This document shows positions 8,417 through 17,184 of a stretch of DNA of 64,000 bases, piece after piece. The DNA comes from an uncultured Anaerolineaceae bacterium (GTDB lineage Bacteria > Chloroflexota > Anaerolineae > Anaerolineales > E44-bin32). The first letter of the stretch is position 1. Each line of letters opens with the position of its first letter. The notes under the pieces are model-generated. The model had not been told where the DNA came from. It ran no database searches and saw only the letters and a list, made by a program, of their open reading frames with translations. The stretch is from NCBI GenBank assembly GCA_964388955.1, contig CAYMCO010000004.1, positions 2,487 through 66,486 of the forward strand. Direction: 5' to 3'. The position numbers and the translations under genes were made by a program.

Positions 8417-10299
8417 ATGGCCTCGTATCGCTCAACATCAAATGCGAACACAGTCGCCCCCTTCACCTGCACGGGGATCGGATCGATCAACGGTACGGGC
8501 ACACCCTCGGGCATCGTCGACAGGTATTCAACCCGGCTTCGGGCTGTGCGCTCGAGAGTCTCAATTGCCTCCGGCAAGCGCCCCTGGGGGATTCCGATCA
8601 GCACCAGGTGGTTGGCGCGCCTGAGGAACGCCCCTCGGCTCTGCACCTGGGTGGAACGGATGCCCCTCATGGCGAGGGCGTTGATGGCCGATTCAAGATC
8701 GCGCGATTGCAGCACCACCATGATGAGCTTGTCCACTCCACCGGCACTGTCCCCTGGCTCCGCCAGATCGGTCCAAGTGCCAAAGTCGGATTCCAGGGCC
8801 GCATCCACCTCCGTGATCAGATCTTCGTATGATCCCTGAGAGATCGCCCCGGTGCGCCGCAACGAAGCCAGGGTGCTGCGTTGGGCCCGCAGCATCTCCC
8901 GCCGGGAGGTGATCAATTCGTCGTTCTCCAACTCCGGCGCACCGTCCAGCGCCTCCCGAACCCCTACCGTGAGCGCATCGATCCGATGCTGAATCCGCGG
9001 CCGCACCTTCTCCCAAATGTGCGATGAGATCAAGCCGTCATCGTGCAGTCTCGAGAGATGTTGGAGGCCGGCGCGCGCCGCGATGGCCCGGGCGTGTCTC
9101 CGCTCGTACTCGATCTGCTCCTCCGTGCGGCCCACCAACTGCAACTTGTCCACCAGCCACTCAAGGGACATCCCCTGGCCGATCATGGTGAACAGGACCA
9201 CACCGAAGGTCATCACAATCACTGTGCTGCGCTCCGCACCGAGCGCTTCCGGCAGGCTCAACGCCAAGGCGAGGGCGATGGCCCCTCGCAAGCCGCCCCA
9301 GAAAAGAACATGCCGCCACCGCTCGGGAATAGGGCGCCCCAACCGGGATAGCAGATACACGTTCAGCCCCCTGCTCACCAATACCGCCAAGATGCCCCAC
9401 AGGGTTGGCCCCAAGGTCTGCAGCATCCCCCCAATATCCATCTCCAAGCCGATCATCAAGAAGACGGCTGAATTGGCCAGAAAGGCGACATATTCCCAGA
9501 AGTTGTGCACTACGATCCTGGTCGTGGGCGACATCTCATTCCTGCTGAGGTTGCCACTCACGAGACCGGCGCACACCACCGCCAACACGCCACTGAGGTG
9601 GAACTGTTCGGCAAGCAGGTACGATCCGAACGCCAAGACGGTCGTCAATGTGGTCTCGACGAGATAATCGTCGATGTGGCCGATCAGCCGCGTGGTAAGC
9701 CACCCCAAGGCGACCCCCACGATTACCCCCCCTCCCGCCACCCGCAGAAACTCGAACAAGGCGCCGACGATGTCCAACTGCCCGATTTGAACGGCGGCCA
9801 GCGTGAGGCTGAAGATCACGATCGCGGTGCCATCGTTGAACAGGCTCTCGGCCTCCATCAGCACCTCGAGCCGTTTGGGAACGCCCAACTTGCGGAAGAT
9901 GGCCACCACGGAGACCGGATCCGTTGCTCCCACCAAGGCGCCGAAAACCAACGCCACAGCAGTCGAGAGCTTGGCGCCCCACGCCACGATGCCGCCTGTA
10001 ACGACCGTTGTCAGCACCACCCCCGGCACCGCAAACAGGAAGATCGTGCCCAGATTCTTGCGGAGTTTGTTCCAATCGATTTGAAAGGCGGCTTCGAAGA
10101 CCAAGGGCGGGATGAAAAGGAAGAGGATCAGCTCAGAGGTGACGCTTAGCTCGAGCGAAGAGCGCAAGGAGAGCGCCAGTCCCACCAAGACCAGGGCGAC
10201 GGTGTAGTGAATGCGCAGTCGCCGAACGACGATGGCGACGACGGAGACGATAAGCAGCAGTTCTAGGACCAGGCTTTCCACCCGGATTAGGCTTTCCAT
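8413..10299 (-). CDS. CPA1-type Na+(K+)/H+ antiporter with C-terminal DarA/YaaQ-like domain
   Basis: About 400 aa of TM helices with CPA1/NhaP-like signatures (LFNDGTAIVIF, GGLRGAIALALALS), then a long helical cytoplasmic linker. The last ~106 aa (nt 8416-8733) repeat the DarA pattern: KLIMVVLQSRD...QSRGAFLRRANHLVLIG...KGATVFAFDVERYE. Confidence 0.85.
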   Translation of the reverse strand: MESLIRVESLVLELLLIVSVVAIVVRRLRIHYTVALVLVGLALSLRSSLELSVTSELILFLFIPPLVFEAAFQIDWNKLRKNLGTIFLFAVPGVVLTTVVTGGIVAWGAKLSTAVALVFGALVGATDPVSVVAIFRKLGVPKRLEVLMEAESLFNDGTAIVIFSLTLAAVQIGQLDIVGALFEFLRVAGGGVIVGVALGWLTTRLIGHIDDYLVETTLTTVLAFGSYLLAEQFHLSGVLAVVCAGLVSGNLSRNEMSPTTRIVVHNFWEYVAFLANSAVFLMIGLEMDIGGMLQTLGPTLWGILAVLVSRGLNVYLLSRLGRPIPERWRHVLFWGGLRGAIALALALSLPEALGAERSTVIVMTFGVVLFTMIGQGMSLEWLVDKLQLVGRTEEQIEYERRHARAIAARAGLQHLSRLHDDGLISSHIWEKVRPRIQHRIDALTVGVREALDGAPELENDELITSRREMLRAQRSTLASLRRTGAISQGSYEDLITEVDAALESDFGTWTDLAEPGDSAGGVDKLIMVVLQSRDLESAINALAMRGIRSTQVQSRGAFLRRANHLVLIGIPQGRLPEAIETLERTARSRVEYLSTMPEGVPVPLIDPIPVQVKGATVFAFDVERYEAI

Positions 10300-10314
10300 T
10301 CTTGGTCCCTCAAT

Positions 10315-12711
10315 CTACAGGCCCTCTTGCTCCACCAGTCGCGGCGCCTCGCCATCAACAATCTCCTGCTGGCCATCCGGGAAGCGGATCACAGCCCGCG
10401 CTCCGTCCCGGCGCACCTCCAGGCCCTTCCAGCGCACTGTCACCGGCCACGGGAAGGGGTTTCTCCCCCGCACCACAACCTTGCGTGGGCTGAGCAACTC
10501 AAGCCCCAGAGTCTCTATGAATAGATGCGTTGGGGCCAACCCCGCCACGTGGTCCCGCGGGCCAAAGGCGGTCCGCTGATCTGGAGAGTACATCTGGCGA
10601 AATCCCTTTTGATCTTTCAACGCCGCGACGATGCCAGCCATCAGGCGTTCCACCAGCTCCGCGGCTTGCTCCTGGCAGCCATATTCCACCAGCGCCTCGC
10701 CGATCAGAGTATTCCAGAAAAGGGACACCCCGCAACATTCGTCCGCCAGCGCTTGATCATACGCCGGATCCTGCGCCGAGCACTCAGGGATGCCGAATGG
10801 GCGCCAGAACTGCTCCGGATCGGCCAGGGTCGCGGCGGTCACGGCCCCTGCCCCCCTCGGATCGGGAAGGCCCGTCCACAGCGGCATCAAGTTAGTCACG
10901 TCGCTGCGGCAGTAATCGGCGATCCAAATCTCGGTTTCGAGCCCTCTTCCCAATCCGCGCGCCTCAACGCGCTCGATCTCCGCGTAAATCTTCTCGCTGG
11001 TTGCCGAACCCATATCCCAGAACCATTGAAACTGCGATGCACCCAGGGGCTCCACCCGATGGCGCCCCCTCCGGCCTCGACCGTGCAGGTACACCGCGCC
11101 TTCTTTCGCCTGCGCTTCCGGGCCTCGAATGCGCACAAGCACCCTCCCCGGGGGATCGAAGGTCTGATCCAGACGGAGATCGAATTCTCCTGACCCGCTG
11201 CCCAACAGCATGCCGGGGGGCGAGAGGTGCAGTTCCCGGTCCAAGTGTCGGTAGCGCCCCCCTTGCTCGTCCCAGCTCTTCTCGATCGATTGGCGAAGGC
11301 GCGCCATGCGCTCCCGCAAGGCCGGGAGCGGCTCCTCACGGCCAAGGGCCAGCGCCATGTTGATCAAGGAGCGGCTTTCCCGGTGCAGGAGAGCGGACAG
11401 ATCCGGCGTTTCCGCCCATCGGATATCCAGGGCGCCGCCCCACTCGCGCCATCGGACGAACGAGGGCCATTCGTCAAATCCGGCTTGCAGCGTATGGTCC
11501 CACTCCGGATGCCCATCCCCATCGCGGTCGTGTCGCGGGGAGAACCAGATCTCATTGAAAGCGATCAGCCCGGGCAGCGCTTGCCTCAGAAATTCCTTGT
11601 CGCCGGTCTGCTGAAAGATCCGCCATGCCATGGTCGCCAGCAATGGGATGCAGAGCGCCTTGTTCCGCTGTCCTCCCAGGCCTGGGCGCCAGTCGATGTG
11701 CCCATCTGGAGACTGGACCGCCAGGAAGTTCAGAATCAGCCCCTTTCCCAACTCTGGCGCCGCGTTCAGGATCTGGGAGAGCACGAGATATACTTGCTGC
11801 GCCGACTGTCCATCCCATGCAGATCCATAATCTCGACCATCCCCGCGCGCAGAGAAACCGTCCCCCGGCGCACGCACATCAACGATGGAGGCATGCGGCA
11901 GATGGGACGTCGGGCTGATGAAATTCCCTAGTGCCACCTTCTGGGAGAATGCAAAGGCGGCATCCCAGTCGCCATCCCCCGTATGGATCTCGATCTGGGA
12001 GGCATTGACCAATTCAATGTGCGCCACTTCTTCATCCCAGTGCCGACCGGCTTGGTCGCGGGCCAGCTTGAAGGATGCCTCCATCTCGCCCACCGCAGCA
12101 TGCGCCCAATGGACGGTGCGGGGAAAGCCAGGCAGCAGCATTTGGTCCAAGGCCAGGCCCGGATAGGCGGCGGAATCCGCCACTGCTCCGCCCGCCATGA
12201 ACAACACGGGCTCCAGGCCCCCGGTCGCGCCAGCCAAGATGATGGCGCCCTCAACATTGACCTCCCGCATGGATTGGGGTTCATCCTCTGGGTGCAGCAG
12301 GGCGTGCAATCGCAACCGCATGCGCGCCGTCTGAGGCCCGAGATTCTGCAGGGTGAACCGGCCGACGACCGCATGGGAGCTCGGCACCCAGTACTCCGCC
12401 AGCACTCTCAAATCCGCGAAAGGCGAGAACTCAATCTTCAGGTAGTTTGGGAAAAAGCCCCTCAAGAGAGGTGGGGCCGCAAACTCGCCTGGATCGACGA
12501 CATACCGATCCTGGCGCACGAAACCCGGGAATATGCGCATCGAGCGCGCCCTCAGACCATAGCTCGTCTCCAGCGATAGCGAAGCGGGATGCTCCGCTTG
12601 CATGCAAAGCTCCCAGATCTGATCATCGAAGTAGTCCACCTCCGCCAAGCGAGCGTCGGCAGCGATTCTCAGACTGAGAGGGTCATCCGCCCCCAGCTCC
12701 CATTCTCTCAT
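10315..12711 (-). CDS. putative (alpha/alpha)6-barrel glycoside-hydrolase-like protein (GH63/MGH1/amylo-1,6-glucosidase-like; tentative)
   Basis: 798-aa ORF from ATG 12711 (12753 also possible). The W/D/E-rich central and C-terminal region (DGHIDWRPGLGG, GDGHPEWDHTLQAGFDEWPSF) resembles six-hairpin glycosidases. The family call is tentative. Confidence 0.55.
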   Translation of the reverse strand: MREWELGADDPLSLRIAADARLAEVDYFDDQIWELCMQAEHPASLSLETSYGLRARSMRIFPGFVRQDRYVVDPGEFAAPPLLRGFFPNYLKIEFSPFADLRVLAEYWVPSSHAVVGRFTLQNLGPQTARMRLRLHALLHPEDEPQSMREVNVEGAIILAGATGGLEPVLFMAGGAVADSAAYPGLALDQMLLPGFPRTVHWAHAAVGEMEASFKLARDQAGRHWDEEVAHIELVNASQIEIHTGDGDWDAAFAFSQKVALGNFISPTSHLPHASIVDVRAPGDGFSARGDGRDYGSAWDGQSAQQVYLVLSQILNAAPELGKGLILNFLAVQSPDGHIDWRPGLGGQRNKALCIPLLATMAWRIFQQTGDKEFLRQALPGLIAFNEIWFSPRHDRDGDGHPEWDHTLQAGFDEWPSFVRWREWGGALDIRWAETPDLSALLHRESRSLINMALALGREEPLPALRERMARLRQSIEKSWDEQGGRYRHLDRELHLSPPGMLLGSGSGEFDLRLDQTFDPPGRVLVRIRGPEAQAKEGAVYLHGRGRRGRHRVEPLGASQFQWFWDMGSATSEKIYAEIERVEARGLGRGLETEIWIADYCRSDVTNLMPLWTGLPDPRGAGAVTAATLADPEQFWRPFGIPECSAQDPAYDQALADECCGVSLFWNTLIGEALVEYGCQEQAAELVERLMAGIVAALKDQKGFRQMYSPDQRTAFGPRDHVAGLAPTHLFIETLGLELLSPRKVVVRGRNPFPWPVTVRWKGLEVRRDGARAVIRFPDGQQEIVDGEAPRLVEQEGL

Positions 12712-12786
12712 ATCGGCTATTCTACGAACTCGGCGGCGGATCGTCAAAGGCATGCTAGAATCCAACAGCACACCAAGGAGGCTCCC

Positions 12787-13260
12787 ATGACTCAACCGCC
12801 GCGCCACACACGAGGCGCTTATTTTGAGGATTTTGAAGTTGGCCAGCGGATCCTCACCCCCGCCAGGACCATCACCGAGGCGGACATTCAGCAATTCGCG
12901 GGCTTGTCCGGCGACTACAATCCGATCCATACCAATGCTGTGCTGGCCCAATCGACCACCTTCGGATCCCGAGTTGCCCACGGGCTGCTCATTCTGGCCA
13001 TCGCCTCGGGGCTGGCCGACCGGACGGGGTTCATCGAGGGCACCGCCATCGCCTTTCGCGAGATTCTGGACTGGAAGTTCAGCCTCCCGGTCTTCATTGG
13101 GGATACAGTGCATGTGTTGCTGGAAGTCGAAGAGACCAAGGCCCTTCCCCGGCTCGGGGGAGGCGCGGTGATCATCGCACTGAGAGTTATTAATCAGGAG
13201 GAGAAGACGGTCATGAGAGGGCGCTGGTCGGTCTTGATTCAGAGCGGGCCCGAGGCATGA
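12787..13260 (+). CDS. MaoC-like (R)-specific enoyl-CoA hydratase/dehydratase (hot-dog fold)
   Basis: AAGGAGG lies ~9 nt upstream of ATG 12787. Motif FAGLSGDYNPIHTN and downstream AHG. 157 aa. Confidence 0.85.
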   Translation: MTQPPRHTRGAYFEDFEVGQRILTPARTITEADIQQFAGLSGDYNPIHTNAVLAQSTTFGSRVAHGLLILAIASGLADRTGFIEGTAIAFREILDWKFSLPVFIGDTVHVLLEVEETKALPRLGGGAVIIALRVINQEEKTVMRGRWSVLIQSGPEA

Positions 13261-13406
13261 TTGCCGCCTCGCCTGTCTGGCTGCCCAAGCGAGGACTCCG
13301 GCGACCCTGGCCTGTGTAGGCTGCGGCCTGGCCCGTGAGGCGAGGGAGCCATTGAGTAACTCGGGCTGGCGGGATGCGGGGCGAGTGATCGATATCACCG
13401 CCTGCG

Positions 13407-13415
13407 TGCTATAAT
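13407..13415 (+). promoter_or_regulatory. extended -10 element (TGcTATAAT) 8 nt upstream of the PBP ATG
   Basis: TGCTATAAT at 13407-13415 and ATG at 13424, with no SD in between. This implies a leaderless or near-leaderless transcript if it is functional. Confidence 0.35.
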
Positions 13416-13423
13416 CGCGCAAG

Positions 13424-16400
13424 ATGAAGGACATTCCGGAAGAGGAGAAGGGGAAGGGGGATGCCGGCTTCCCTGAGCCGGATCAGGATGAAGATGCGCT
13501 GAGCCGCTTTCGCCGCCTGATCGACGAAACCCCCATGGATACAGCGGCCTCCGAAGGTGGAAAGCTTCCAGAGACTCCCGACCGGCACCCCACCGGCGAC
13601 CCGGAGGAGACCGGGGGCTGGATGGCGGATACCATCTCTCGATTGGAGAGAGAAGAGGAAGCCTCCGGGCACCCGGGTGGGGAGGTCGACTCGGACCAAG
13701 GGACATACGCCCATTCGGATGCAGCCGGTGAACCCGTCCAAGAACCCTCATCGTCGGGCGATCAGCCGCCGAACCGGCCCGCTCCCCAAGAAGCAGTTGA
13801 AACCCAACATCCACAACCCGCGGCGGATATCTCAATTCAGCCTGACGGCCCTGATGAGGGCCCGGAGAGACCGGAGCAAACCGCAGCTCACGAGTCGATT
13901 GAATCTGATCTCCCCCGGCCAGAGCCAGAAGCGGATACTTCGTCCATACCGAGTTCCCCAGAAGGGCTAGACGACCAGGCGACCATCCCCGCCGGCACGA
14001 GGAGTCCACCCGATTCTCCTTCCGTGCCCCATCCCGAGCCCTCGATCAGCCCGATGGAGGAGCTCGAGACTCCTGTGTCCGCGGCCACCACCCGGCGACA
14101 TTCGCCTGAGGATGAGCCCCCCTGGGAACCGCAAGCGGGGCCCACCCTCCCTCCGACCGCCGCCGGCCCGGAGCCTCCGGGCGCCTCAGAGGACGAATTC
14201 GTGACGCCGGTGCGTGCTACGGCCAAACCGGAAACTCCGCCAGCCCACCGCGATCAGCCTCCGGCCGGGTGGGGCCTCCAGGCGGAGCATCTTCCCAATC
14301 GGGTGCCGGAACGCGATCTCGGCGCGACCCAAGTCTCGCCCGCGGCGTATTTTCCCCGGCGAGGCGGCGATCGACCAGCGCCTCCTCGGGGCGGTGCCCG
14401 CGCCTCGCGTCTGATGGGTTTCGGCGGATGCCTGATCCGTATGGGCATCTTGGGTTTGTTCGGCGTGCTGGCGCTGCTGTTGGCCCTGGCCTCCCTGGGG
14501 ATCTATGAGTACTTTGCACTCGCGGCCACCTTGCCCCCAGTGGAGGACCTGCAAGCGAAGGCGGCCCAGTTCGAGACCAGCCGCATCCTGGATCGTAATG
14601 GCAACGAACTCTACGAGATCATCGATCCGCAGGCCGGCCGCCGCACTTATATGCCCTTGGACCAGATTTCCCCCTACATGATCGCGGCCACCGTCGCGGT
14701 CGAAGACGCCCAGTTCTACAGCCATCCCGGCTTCGACTTGCGCGCCATTACGCGGGCCATCTGGCAGAATCTTCAAGGCGGAGAAACCGTCTCGGGCGCT
14801 TCGACAATCACCCAGCAGATCGCTCGCAATCTGCTCTTCGATCCCGAGGAGAGATCCCAGCGCACCGCCCTGCGGAAGGTGCGCGAGATCCTGCTGGCAG
14901 CGGAGATCACACGCCGCTATACCAAGGATGAGATCCTGGAGCTCTATCTGAACCAATGGTACTTCGGCAACCTGGCCTATGGAGTTGAAGCCGCGGCGCA
15001 GACCTACTTCCACACATCGGCGGAGCATCTGACGCTAGCCCAAGCTTCCTTCCTGGCAGGGCTTGTCCAAGCGCCGTCGGTCTACGACATATTCTCCAAC
15101 CGGGAAGCGACGCTCAACCGGCATCGCCAGGTGCTTGCAGCGATGGTCCTGACCAGCCAGGAGCAGGGCTGCATATATGTCAGCACCTCCCAAAGCCCCA
15201 TTTGCGTTTCGCCGGAAGAAGCCGGCGCGGCAGCTGCCGCGATCGCCGATTACCCCTTCGAACCGGCTTTCACGGCCATCCGCTTTCCCCACTGGGTCAA
15301 CTACATCAGGGCGCAATTGGAGACGCTTTTCGATCCACAAACCATCTATCGCTCGGGATTCACCATCTATACCACGCTCGATCCCTACCTGCAGGAACAG
15401 GCCCAGAGCCTGGTGAAGGACCAAGTGGCGGACCTGGCGGAGGAACACCATGTGTCCAACGGGGCGCTCGTGGCTTTGCGGCCCGGCACCGGCGAGATTC
15501 TGGCCATGGTCGGCTCCCCGAACTACTTCGATGAATCCATCGCCGGTCAGATCAATATGGCGATCGAACCCCGCCAACCGGGCTCGTCGATCAAACCGCT
15601 CACGTACACCGCCGCCTTCGAGAAGGGCTGGACTCCTGCCACGTTGATCTGGGATGTCCCTTCAGAATTCCCACCCTCCGGAGACCCGAACGACCCCCGG
15701 GACCCGTATAAGCCCGTCAACTATGACGAGCGTTTCCACGGCCCGGTGCTCGTCCGGACAGCCCTCGCCAACTCCTACAACGTGCCGGCGGTCAAGACGC
15801 TCGATTTCGTGGGCATCTACGACGACCCATCCACGCCGCAGGAGGAGGGGCTGATCTCCTTCGCCGAGCGCATGGGGATCACGACCCTGACTCGCGATGA
15901 CTACGGCCTCTCACTCACCCTGGGAGGTGGCGATGTCACGTTGCTCGAACTGACCTCCGCCTTCGGCAACTTTGCCACCAACGGTGTGCGAATGCCGCCC
16001 TATGGCATCAGCCGTATTGTGGACCATACTGGAGAAGTCGTGTACGAATACGAGCTTCCTGAGGGTGCACAGGTGATCCGGCCGGAGCACGCTTTCCTGA
16101 TCACATCCATTCTATCCGACAATGCGGCTCGCACCCCGGCTTTCGGCCCCAATTCCGCTCTGAACCTACCCTTCGCGGCTGCAGCAAAGACGGGAACCAC
16201 AAACGACTTCCGGGACAACTGGACCCTGGGATACACGCCGGATGTAGCGGTCGGCGTATGGGTAGGCAACGCGGACTACACGCCGATGAAGGACACTTCG
16301 GGCCTGACTGGAGCGGCGCCCATCTGGAATGCGTACATGCGCCTCGCTATCGACCACCTGGTTGGAGGCCAGCCGACACCCTTTACACGCCCCCCGGGAA

Positions 16401-17161
16401 TCGTTGAGCACGCGATTTGCGCGATTTCCGGGACTGAGCCTTCGAAGTGGTGCCCATCCCATCGGGTGGAATTCTTCACCCAGGACCAGCAGCCGCTGCC
16501 GGAGGAGGCGGATCTATGGAAAGAGGTTTGGGTCGACAGCTACTCCCTGGAGCTGGCGTCCGCCGATTGCCCTGATTTCGCGATCGAGAAATTGGGCCTC
16601 GATATCGAGGACCGCTGGGGTCGCCGGTGGGTTCGCAAGACCAAGGACGGGAAGGAGTGGGCGGACCGCATGGGATTCTCCAAAGACGAGCTCTTCCTGG
16701 TGCCCGACCGGTTGTGCTCCACCGACAGCCCCAGGCCGATCCTGAGCTTCGCCACCCCCGATGAGGGCGCGCTCATCGACGCCGGGCCGCTGGTCATCAC
16801 CGGCCAGGCAGCCGCCACCGACCTGTTCGACCGCTGGACATTGGAGTACGGCTTGAGCTATAACCCCGAGGAATGGGTTGAACTCGTAGATAGCGATGAT
16901 CCTGTCAAAAACGTCGACGAGCTCTACGAATGGGACCTGGAAGAGGTCCCCAACGGTCAGGTCACCTTGCGCCTCACAGTGAAAGGGGAAAACGATGGTG
17001 AGGCCGCGAAGCACCTGCACTTGCGTCTGCAGCTGCCCACGCCGACCCCCACGCCCTCTCCCACACCCACTCCCACACCGACGCCCGAGCCGACCAGCAC
17101 GCCCACTCCCACATCCACTTCGTCGCCGACCCCCAGCGAGACACCCACGGCAACACCCTGA
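13424..17161 (+). CDS. class A penicillin-binding protein (PBP1A-type transglycosylase/transpeptidase) with long disordered N-terminal extension and PT-rich tail
   Basis: GT51 motifs EDAQFYSHPGFD, GASTITQQIARNL and RKVREILLA. Transpeptidase motifs SSIKPL (SxxK), SYN (SxN) and KTGTTND (KTG). Single TM helix at ~aa 330-355. Confidence 0.9.
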   Translation: MKDIPEEEKGKGDAGFPEPDQDEDALSRFRRLIDETPMDTAASEGGKLPETPDRHPTGDPEETGGWMADTISRLEREEEASGHPGGEVDSDQGTYAHSDAAGEPVQEPSSSGDQPPNRPAPQEAVETQHPQPAADISIQPDGPDEGPERPEQTAAHESIESDLPRPEPEADTSSIPSSPEGLDDQATIPAGTRSPPDSPSVPHPEPSISPMEELETPVSAATTRRHSPEDEPPWEPQAGPTLPPTAAGPEPPGASEDEFVTPVRATAKPETPPAHRDQPPAGWGLQAEHLPNRVPERDLGATQVSPAAYFPRRGGDRPAPPRGGARASRLMGFGGCLIRMGILGLFGVLALLLALASLGIYEYFALAATLPPVEDLQAKAAQFETSRILDRNGNELYEIIDPQAGRRTYMPLDQISPYMIAATVAVEDAQFYSHPGFDLRAITRAIWQNLQGGETVSGASTITQQIARNLLFDPEERSQRTALRKVREILLAAEITRRYTKDEILELYLNQWYFGNLAYGVEAAAQTYFHTSAEHLTLAQASFLAGLVQAPSVYDIFSNREATLNRHRQVLAAMVLTSQEQGCIYVSTSQSPICVSPEEAGAAAAAIADYPFEPAFTAIRFPHWVNYIRAQLETLFDPQTIYRSGFTIYTTLDPYLQEQAQSLVKDQVADLAEEHHVSNGALVALRPGTGEILAMVGSPNYFDESIAGQINMAIEPRQPGSSIKPLTYTAAFEKGWTPATLIWDVPSEFPPSGDPNDPRDPYKPVNYDERFHGPVLVRTALANSYNVPAVKTLDFVGIYDDPSTPQEEGLISFAERMGITTLTRDDYGLSLTLGGGDVTLLELTSAFGNFATNGVRMPPYGISRIVDHTGEVVYEYELPEGAQVIRPEHAFLITSILSDNAARTPAFGPNSALNLPFAAAAKTGTTNDFRDNWTLGYTPDVAVGVWVGNADYTPMKDTSGLTGAAPIWNAYMRLAIDHLVGGQPTPFTRPPGIVEHAICAISGTEPSKWCPSHRVEFFTQDQQPLPEEADLWKEVWVDSYSLELASADCPDFAIEKLGLDIEDRWGRRWVRKTKDGKEWADRMGFSKDELFLVPDRLCSTDSPRPILSFATPDEGALIDAGPLVITGQAAATDLFDRWTLEYGLSYNPEEWVELVDSDDPVKNVDELYEWDLEEVPNGQVTLRLTVKGENDGEAAKHLHLRLQLPTPTPTPSPTPTPTPTPEPTSTPTPTSTSSPTPSETPTATP
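17036..17158 (+). repeat. low-complexity Pro/Thr/Ser-coding tract (C-terminal PT linker of the PBP)
   Basis: Encodes PTPTPTPSPTPTPTPTPEPTSTPTPTSTSSPTPSETPTATP directly before the stop. Confidence 0.8.
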
Positions 17162-17184
17162 TCATCCGAGGGAGCCGCCGTGCG

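Noticed and set aside
10315-13434. 1039-aa version of the GH-like ORF given in the ORF track
   Set aside because: Its first ~240 codons run antisense through the well-supported MaoC gene (12787-13260, which has a strong SD) and are Arg/Pro/Ser-rich with no motifs. An internal ATG at 12711 leaves a normal 75-nt divergent promoter region.
17036-17158. Short periodic ACNCC(N) repeats that could be mistaken for a tandem-repeat or CRISPR-like locus
   Set aside because: They are in frame within the PBP gene and encode a Pro/Thr linker. There is no repeat-spacer organisation. No CRISPR array was seen anywhere in the window.
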